Shown here: positions 59,101 to 64,000 of the stretch, in pieces | How positions within the stretch are numbered: position 1 is the stretch's first letter | How the letters are laid out: every line of letters begins with the position of its first letter | From: a bacterium | Lineage (GTDB): Bacteria; UBA10199; JACPAL01; GCA-016699445 | DNA length: 64,000 nucleotides | Direction: 5' to 3' | Assembly: GCA_036274695.1 (NCBI GenBank) | Contig: DASUFF010000030.1 | Span: forward strand, 2,510-66,509 | Position numbers and translations under genes: made by a program | The notes under the pieces: generated by a model | What the model was told of the DNA's origin: nothing | Seen by the model: the letters and a program-made list of their open reading frames with translations, nothing else | The model's database searches: none

Positions 59101-59655
59101 CGCCCGTACCACAACGATCCCGGAATCAATCACGAGATCTTGGAGGAGTTCCAAAAATTGGGCTATCCGGTGCTCACGCAGGATTCCTTGCCGATCGATC
59201 GGGACATCTTGGATCGGTTGTTCGGCGAAGAGGTCGAGAAGGGGATCGTGAGCCACGCGTTGGACGTCAAGGACGCCTGGAAAAACTCCTACTCCGAGAA
59301 CACCACGCGCAAGGTTTGGGCCGCGAAGTTCGCCGCGCGCCATCCGAACCTGGTGGCCTTGGAGCTCTCCAGTTTCAAGTGCGGTCACGACGCGCCGGTC
59401 TACACCGTGGTGGAAGAAGTCATCGAGCACTCGGGCACGCCCTACTTCTGCTTCAAGGACATCGACGAGAACAAGCCCACCGGATCGATCAAGATCCGCT
59501 TGGAGACGATGCACTACTTCCTGACCCGCTACCGCGAGGACATGCTCAAGGCCGAGAAGAAGCTGGAAGGCATCGAGGCGGAATTGAAGGCCTACGAAGA
59601 ACAGTTGCGGCGGGAGTTGGGGGCGGGGTATCAGCCGAGCGTCGTTAATTTGTAG
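56173..59655 (+). CDS. CoA-substrate-specific enzyme activase fusion: two BadF/BadG/BcrA/BcrD-type ATPase domains plus a C-terminal 2-hydroxyacyl-CoA-dehydratase-like region
   Basis: It is 1160 aa. The two ASKHA phosphate-1 loops are VGVDVGSTTVKAVVV and IGLDGGSTSTKAVLV. The C-terminal half has conserved Cys blocks (ASRACPTV, SSFKCGHDAPV). Confidence 0.75.
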   Translation: MSETKFLVGVDVGSTTVKAVVVEVATDKMIWSDYQRHETKQPEKTLELLKEIEDKTGVCAGNTRMFITGSGGGGIGARLGAKFVQEVNAVSLAVEKLHPEVQSVVELGGQDAKMIFFKEIEESGKKKKMPTMNDKCAGGTGAVIDKINAKLRIPSEQLCQLGHTGIKLHPVAGKCGVFAESDINSLQKMGIPNDELMASLFESIIVQNLSVLTRGNTLKPTVLLLGGPNCYIKGMKEAWRNNIPKIWEERGVEVPDKPIEELIKVPENAQYYAALGAIEYGKTEDEDIGQYKGAGELEHYIKVGRQEEMAKKAAQSGGGKGLIKDEAELNEFLDRYKKEKFIPTTFEAGTVVEGFIGLDGGSTSTKAVLVSKDKKILAKAYQLSKGNPIQDTIEVIGNLQKMIEDQGCTMNVLGIGTTGYAKDILKDTLNGDAAIVETVAHTESALHFYPDTDVIVDVGGQDIKVMILKNGRVKDFKLNTQCSAGNGYFLQSTAQGFGVPVEDFAAKAFSAKTFPEFGYGCAVFMQSDIVDFQRQGWKPEEIMAGLANVLPKNIWLYVSQIPNLSSLGTKFVLQGGTQHNMAAVKSQVDFIESRFKDKGLKPDVVVHKHCGEAGAIGAGIEAARLYANGHRTKFIGLDRVKEITYRTTRSEETRCYFCKNKCLRTFIDVKTKSTTEIKAEDVPVFKSKVPLEPGENRIIIATCEKGTVEDVNAMRGIKKGLDAIKEKNPNMVHWAAENVWKSFKPPLVADAIPEKIKNDKMKARVELMKRRAELKIGIPRVLNQYSTNPLFTAYFESLGIQPQNIVYSDFTDEKLYKDGAKRGAIDPCFPSKVGIPHVHNLLFTQHEKKKLDYIFFPMIDDLLTPLKNVQASRACPTVTATPEAVKAAFTKEGDIFAEKGIKYLDTFVNVGTPKLFERQMFEQFVDILGLSPEENARAVAEGYKALKAFDDTQRIMGRETIEMLEKENRLGVVLLGRPYHNDPGINHEILEEFQKLGYPVLTQDSLPIDRDILDRLFGEEVEKGIVSHALDVKDAWKNSYSENTTRKVWAAKFAARHPNLVALELSSFKCGHDAPVYTVVEEVIEHSGTPYFCFKDIDENKPTGSIKIRLETMHYFLTRYREDMLKAEKKLEGIEAELKAYEEQLRRELGAGYQPSVVNL

Positions 59656-59661
59656 AAAAAC

Positions 59662-59699
59662 ATAGGTCCTATGGGGCCTATACGACTTATAGGACTTAT
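59662..59699. repeat. Degenerate copy of a 38-bp palindromic element
   Basis: CATAGGTCCTATGGGGCCTATACGACTTATAGGACTTAT. The right half matches the perfect copy at 60144..60181 with one mismatch. Confidence 0.6.
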
Positions 59700-59979
59700 G
59701 TCTTTTGAATCTCAGAAAATCTTGTTTCAAATTTACAGAGAAGGCAGCTTCAACCGCCGTTACCGCGTGGTGTACTTCACCGAACTGGGCGACAAGAACA
59801 AAGAGAGCGAGATCAACCACGCCCTGGCGGGCGACCCCATCTACGACGGCTTCATCAAGGACTTCCGCAAGGACGAGGCCAAGGCCATTATTGACCGGCA
59901 TCTCGATGCTTTAAACAACGGCGAGAGCTTTAATGCCGAGCAGTTCAAGCAGGATCTAAAGTCTTACATGCCATCCTAA
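59698..59979 (+). CDS. Small hypothetical protein (93 aa) with codon usage that strongly prefers C-ending codons
   Basis: The ORF begins immediately after the palindromic element. Its codon usage (AAC, AAG, GAC, ATC, TTC bias) differs from the surrounding genes. Confidence 0.4.
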   Translation: MSFESQKILFQIYREGSFNRRYRVVYFTELGDKNKESEINHALAGDPIYDGFIKDFRKDEAKAIIDRHLDALNNGESFNAEQFKQDLKSYMPS

Positions 59980-60524
59980 AATCTGCGGTGCTGCCTGCGG
60001 GCCTGATACAGGCGCTCGGTAAAGCCGCCTTCCTCTAAAAATTTTCTTTCTAGTTGCCGGAGCTGTTGGTCGAGCAGGTAGTTGGCTTGGTGAATCAGAC
60101 AAAGGGCGGTGTTGGCCGCGGTTTCCGGGTCCCCGCGTTCAAAATAAGTCCTATAGGTCGTATACGACCTATAGGACTTATACCCAAGTTGCCTCACCTC
60201 GAGAGCGCGCAGGTCGTTCTTGCTCCACAAAGTAAGGCCGCGCTGTCTTAAAAAATCCTCAAAATCGAGCAGGAGTTCCTCCAAGCTAGCGCGGGCTACC
60301 CCCATCAGTTTCAGCTCTGTCTTTTTAGAGGTGCCGGAGGCCATGCTTCCTTCGGCGATGTTCTGTTTGCCGCTGCGGGCGGCTTGAACCATTTGGTCGT
60401 GGGTGCGGGATCTTCGCTCAATGAACCGGTCGCAGAACCGCAGCGTGGCGTCATAGATGATTTCCGCGGTCTGGTAGGACTTCAGGTTTCGATAGCCGCC
60501 ATGAGAGGGAATGAGCTCAGTCAT
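59976..60524 (-). CDS. Four-helix-bundle protein (TIGR02436 / 23S rRNA intervening-sequence protein family), interrupted in-frame by a palindromic insert
   Basis: The N-terminal two-thirds matches the family pattern (…SGKQNIAEGS…SLEELLLDF…). The segment GYKSYRSYTTYRTYFE is encoded exactly by the 38-bp palindrome. This gene uses atypical codons (AGA, TTA, GTA, CGA). Confidence 0.55.
   Translation of the reverse strand: MTELIPSHGGYRNLKSYQTAEIIYDATLRFCDRFIERRSRTHDQMVQAARSGKQNIAEGSMASGTSKKTELKLMGVARASLEELLLDFEDFLRQRGLTLWSKNDLRALEVRQLGYKSYRSYTTYRTYFERGDPETAANTALCLIHQANYLLDQQLRQLERKFLEEGGFTERLYQARRQHRRF
60144..60181. repeat. Perfect 38-bp palindrome ATAAGTCCTATAGGTCGTATACGACCTATAGGACTTAT
   Basis: I verified the exact reverse-complement symmetry by eye. 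It lies inside the four-helix-bundle ORF. Confidence 0.9.
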
Positions 60525-60628
60525 GCCGAACTAGCACAATCGGTGCCAATAAAATCGAGCTTGGCGATTCGCCAAAAAGACCGAAATTCTGGATTCCAAA
60601 GTACGAATTTTAGACCTATGTCTGGGGC

Positions 60629-60955
60629 ATGTTGCTGGCCCCGATTTTAGCTAAATGCCCCACCTGTGGTTCGCAGGACGTCTTCTATAGTTGCCACGTC
60701 ACCTGCTGTTTCAACCACGTCTGTAACGAATGCCGGACCACCTTCGAGTTGGCGACGGACGCCTCCGGGGATCGTTATGAAGGGACTTTTCCCGACCCCG
60801 GCGAGCGCGATACCTCGCTCCCCATGGCCCCTTGCGCGGTTTGCGAAAAGGCCGAGGTCTATCAATTGCCTGAAGGCGGCAATCTCGTTTGCTCCTCCTG
60901 CCGGGCCCTTTTGTCTCTCCGTTACGAGAAGATCGTTCCCGACCGAAAAGGTTGA
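60629..60955 (+). CDS. Double zinc-ribbon small protein
   Basis: CPTCGS…CHVTCC…CNEC at the N-terminus and CAVCEK…CSSCRA at the C-terminus. Confidence 0.45.
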   Translation: MLLAPILAKCPTCGSQDVFYSCHVTCCFNHVCNECRTTFELATDASGDRYEGTFPDPGERDTSLPMAPCAVCEKAEVYQLPEGGNLVCSSCRALLSLRYEKIVPDRKG

Positions 60956-61091
60956 TTTTAACCCATCCCCGTTGCCCGGGATTCCGCAACCCATTCCTAA
61001 AGATTTGATTTTAAAAGAAAAGCTCTAGGGACCTTCGAAGGTCCGGTTGGCATGTCCGTTGCTTTCCTCCAAAGACAACAAGGAGAACGAC

Positions 61092-61790
61092 ATGACCGAT
61101 GCACCGACTTTTCAGCTGACCGGCACCTTTGTCCCCGTCACCGTCGAATCGATGCCCCCGGACGACAGTTCCTTGCCGAGCGACGTTCGGACCTATTCGC
61201 TGACCTTGGACGACGGCAATGCGGCCGATCCCACGCATCGCATTTACGAAAAAGTGACCATCTATCAGCCGCCCGACGGCCGGCCGGTGAGCGCGGACTA
61301 CGACCGGACCATGCGGGAGCACAATCCGCCTCTCGAACGCCATTTGGTGCCGATCGGCAATCACTACGAAGTCGCTTACATGACCAATTACGATTGGAAC
61401 CGATATCAAGAGGCCTATACGTCTTTGCTCTCCGCACGGGAGGAGACCGTTCGATCCCACAGCCTGATGTCCGACCTGGGCGTCGGCCCGGCCTCGAATC
61501 CGATGTTCCGCCCGGCCGCGCGGCCGTTCAATGAGGTGATGTTCGTTCAGGATTTCGACGTGCCCACCGCCGCGCTGGGGCATTTGCGCCGCACGGATCT
61601 CGCCATTCCCGGCCGCACCGGAGAGTTGTTCGACGCGCGCGGTTTCGTGGCCACCAACACCGCCGCCGAGGACTTTCTGATTTCGAGGGGCTACGTGCAG
61701 GTCGGGACGCGCGTGGAGAACGGCGCCATCCGCCCCTTGTTCCTGCCACCCCTCGACGCCCAGCTTTACCGGGAATCGGGTACCATCTAA
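61092..61790 (+). CDS. Hypothetical protein (232 aa)
   Basis: An SD AAGGAGA lies before the ATG. It is a coding-like ORF with no recognisable motif. Confidence 0.45.
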   Translation: MTDAPTFQLTGTFVPVTVESMPPDDSSLPSDVRTYSLTLDDGNAADPTHRIYEKVTIYQPPDGRPVSADYDRTMREHNPPLERHLVPIGNHYEVAYMTNYDWNRYQEAYTSLLSAREETVRSHSLMSDLGVGPASNPMFRPAARPFNEVMFVQDFDVPTAALGHLRRTDLAIPGRTGELFDARGFVATNTAAEDFLISRGYVQVGTRVENGAIRPLFLPPLDAQLYRESGTI

Positions 61791-61830
61791 TCGGATTGCA
61801 TTTCGCCCTCCCCCGCACTAATCGGGGGGC

Positions 61831-62523
61831 ATGCTTCAGCTATTCCAATACGAGGTCTGCCCGTACTGCTGCAAAGTGAAGTCGGTCCTCGACTACAAGA
61901 AAATCCCCTACGAGAAGGTCGAAGTGAATCCGATGTCCCATGAAGAGCTCGAGGGGAACGAGAAGGCGCTCAGGCACGACAAGGTGCCGGTGGTGGTCGA
62001 TCAGGGCAAGACGTTGCTCGAATCCAACGACATCATCCGCTATTTGGACCAGGCGTATCCGAAGAAGCCCATTTTCGCCAAAACGAAGACGGCTTCGGCG
62101 CGTCAGGAAGAGTGGATCCGGTTCGCCGACGACGAGCTCGTACAGATCCTCCCGGGCAACATCTACCGCACGCTCCCCGAGGCCATCGATTCGTTCAAGT
62201 ACATCACGAAGGTAGGCAAGTTCCCGGCCTGGAAGCGCTACTACCTGATGCTGGGCGGCGCGGTGGCGATGAACATCGTGGCCAAGAAGGGCTTGAAGAA
62301 GCGCGGCATCGCCGACCCGCGGAAGGCCTTGGCCGACACGCTGGACAAGTTGGCCGGCGGGCTGGTCAAAGAGAAATTTTTGGGCGGCGACGAACCCGAC
62401 GCGGGCGACTTGGTCTGTCACGGCGTGCTCCGCAGCGTCCGCGAGATGAAGGTCTGGAAGGACATCGCTAAAAACAAAAAAGTGGCCGATTGGTACGACC
62501 GGGTCGAACGGACCCTTCAATAA
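61831..62523 (+). CDS. Glutaredoxin-2-like glutathione S-transferase-fold protein
   Basis: The N-terminus has a CPYC active site (LFQYEVCPYCCKVKSVL) in a GST N-terminal domain. It has a GST C-terminal helical domain. Confidence 0.7.
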   Translation: MLQLFQYEVCPYCCKVKSVLDYKKIPYEKVEVNPMSHEELEGNEKALRHDKVPVVVDQGKTLLESNDIIRYLDQAYPKKPIFAKTKTASARQEEWIRFADDELVQILPGNIYRTLPEAIDSFKYITKVGKFPAWKRYYLMLGGAVAMNIVAKKGLKKRGIADPRKALADTLDKLAGGLVKEKFLGGDEPDAGDLVCHGVLRSVREMKVWKDIAKNKKVADWYDRVERTLQ

Positions 62524-62534
62524 AGGGGAGGCTC

Positions 62535-62861
62535 ATGCGCAAACTCAAAGTCATGGCCAAGGAGCTTAAAAAGGATCTGCCGGTCTACCAACTGGCCCTG
62601 AAGGACAAGCGCACGCCGAAGTTGGCGAAGGTCCTCCTGGGGGCCGCCGTCTTCTACGCGCGCTTCCGCTTCGACCTCATTCCCGACTTCATCCCCATCG
62701 TCGGCCACTTGGACGACGCCGTCGTCGTGCCCTTCGTCATCCGCATGGCCCTCAACCTGATTCCGGAGGACGTCCTCCGGGAGAGCCGGATGCGCGTCGA
62801 GTGGACGAAGAACCCGCCGCGCCGCCCGAAGGCCCGGTCGCGCCGGTCAGCGCGTTCTTAG
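62535..62861 (+). CDS. DUF1232/YkvA-family membrane protein
   Basis: It has the hallmark DLIPDFIPIVGHLDDAVVV. Confidence 0.7.
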   Translation: MRKLKVMAKELKKDLPVYQLALKDKRTPKLAKVLLGAAVFYARFRFDLIPDFIPIVGHLDDAVVVPFVIRMALNLIPEDVLRESRMRVEWTKNPPRRPKARSRRSARS

Positions 62862-63998
62862 AAGCAGGATCTGACCGCCTTCCACCAATTGAGCGTCTCC
62901 GGTCAGGCCGGCGGCGGCGGAAGCCGCGGCGCTGGATCGCGTGTGCGCTTGCACGTCCAAGATCCAAGAGCCGGGACCGTAGACGGAAGAGGCGTCGATT
63001 ACGCCGGTGGGCTCCCAGCCTTTGGCGGCGGCTTCCGCGATCCGGACGGGCTTGGAATTGCCGTCCGGACGGTAGAGCCACACCGAGTTGTTGCGCTTGA
63101 GGTAGGTCCAGAAATTGTCGAGCGTGAAATCCTCCAGGATCAGCATCTCGCCGTCGGCGTTCATGTCGATGTTGTCCGGGCTGACGATGGGATCGCCGGC
63201 GTCGCCCTCGATCAGGATCTCCAGGATCATCGGACTCGCGAGCGGGTCCTTCGGGTTGAACGTCAATTTGTAGAGGCGGCCCTTTGCGTTGGCCGAACCC
63301 CCTCCGGTGGTGACGAAATAGAAGACGCCGTTTCGACGGCGATCGTAGGTTCCGTCTTCGATGCGGTCGAAACGGAAGGCCCCGGCGGCGGACGCCTTCG
63401 CGTCCAGCTCGTCGTCCGTCAGGCCGGAGGCTCCGTCGACCGGGATCCAACGCCCGACGAGAGGGCTGTTGATCTTATGAAACGTAGTCTCATCGTTCCT
63501 TCCGTCGGTGGCGGAGCCCAACACGTACAATCGCCCGCCGGTCAATCCGTTCCTCTCCAATGGATCTGTCGACGAAAGCTTTTTTTCGCCGATGTAAAGA
63601 TAGAGCTCGCTGTTCAATCCCTTCGGTCCGTCCTCCAATCCGAAGAGCAGCGTCTTCAAACCCGTGCCGGGCACGACGACTAAGTTTTCCTTGCGGTAGC
63701 GCCCGAGCTCGGGGAGGGCATAGGCGTTGCCGCCCGTGAAGGCGAAGCCCATCCCGCCCCGGCCGTCGCCGCTCTGGTTGCCCGTCGCCTCCTCGCCGGT
63801 GAAATAGATCGGGCGGTCGAACCCGACCTCGGCGCCGGATAAATTTCCGGAGCAGAAAAGGGCGGGGATCCGGCCCCAGGCCTGGGTTCCGAGGAAAAGG
63901 GTGGAGGCCGCAAAGTCTCCGGAGACCGGGGCGGGACGATCGGAAGCGAGTTGGAACAGGGAAACGAAGGCCCCCGTTTGGAGGGGCGTGCCCGGCAC
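62847..63998 (-). CDS. PhoX/DUF839-like secreted phosphatase-family protein; N-terminus runs off the window end
   Basis: The ORF is open to the window edge. The repeat-rich beta-propeller-like sequence carries DGEMLILEDF and GRLYKL blocks, which resemble PhoX. Confidence 0.5.
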   Translation of the reverse strand: MPGTPLQTGAFVSLFQLASDRPAPVSGDFAASTLFLGTQAWGRIPALFCSGNLSGAEVGFDRPIYFTGEEATGNQSGDGRGGMGFAFTGGNAYALPELGRYRKENLVVVPGTGLKTLLFGLEDGPKGLNSELYLYIGEKKLSSTDPLERNGLTGGRLYVLGSATDGRNDETTFHKINSPLVGRWIPVDGASGLTDDELDAKASAAGAFRFDRIEDGTYDRRRNGVFYFVTTGGGSANAKGRLYKLTFNPKDPLASPMILEILIEGDAGDPIVSPDNIDMNADGEMLILEDFTLDNFWTYLKRNNSVWLYRPDGNSKPVRIAEAAAKGWEPTGVIDASSVYGPGSWILDVQAHTRSSAAASAAAGLTGDAQLVEGGQILLLRTR

Positions 63999-64000
63999 CG

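Noticed and set aside
57157-59901. 914-aa minus-strand ORF
   Set aside because: It is antisense to the activase fusion gene, which has two clear ATPase phosphate loops. It is a shadow ORF in a GC3-rich gene.
59662-60181. The two 38-bp palindromes as a CRISPR array
   Set aside because: There are only two copies, about 480 bp apart. One is degenerate. There are no regular spacers and no cas genes.

Overview
This is a high-GC (about 65%) Gram-negative bacterial chromosomal segment that looks like an ordinary core genome with several accessory-like patches. The overall gene content resembles a deltaproteobacterial or myxobacterial-type organism. I can support about 75 protein-coding genes and two tRNAs. 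Protein family calls rest on motifs I recognise in the translated ORFs. I cannot run homology searches, so treat them as motif-level assignments.

Main content, in order along the window:
- General-stress operon: superoxide dismutase (C-terminus off the window), a Gln/Asn/Gly-rich hydrophilin-like protein, a YqjD/ElaB (DUF883) protein and a UPF0391 membrane protein, with coupled ATGA-type overlaps and strong ribosome-binding sites.
- Sensor kinase (DUF4118, PAS, GAF, HisKA_3) with a NarL-type response regulator, and an AI-2E family transporter.
- A second YqjD/YqjE-like module.
- Envelope-stress locus: an ECF sigma factor and zinc-finger anti-sigma factor flanked by three Spy/CpxP-like LTXXQ proteins.
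- Two paralogous modules of secreted Cys-rich lipoproteins carrying thrombospondin-type-3 calcium-binding repeats.
- tadA, panE and ppnP.
- Efflux island: TolC–MacA–MacB, an MFS transporter, and a CzcC–CzcA-like HME-RND pump with no periplasmic adaptor gene.
- Type II NADH dehydrogenase, prfC, dsbD plus a redoxin, an HEXXH lipoprotein, and efp.
- An orphan ExbB/ExbD pair.
- Fatty-acid desaturase with a divergent TetR regulator.
- Aldehyde dehydrogenase and a Rieske protein.
- Sulfate uptake operon with its own OprP-like porin and an XRE regulator.
- Nfu, a second TetR, and a VapBC pair.
- A two-gene system of ATP-dependent CoA-substrate-specific enzyme activase fused to 2-hydroxyacyl-CoA-dehydratase-like domains, with unknown substrate.
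- A small patch with atypical codon usage: a four-helix-bundle (23S rRNA intervening-sequence family) gene interrupted in-frame by a perfect 38-bp palindrome, with a second degenerate copy about 480 bp away.
- A Grx2-like glutathione S-transferase, a DUF1232 protein, and a PhoX-like gene running off the window end.

No CRISPR array, rRNA or obvious transposase was seen.
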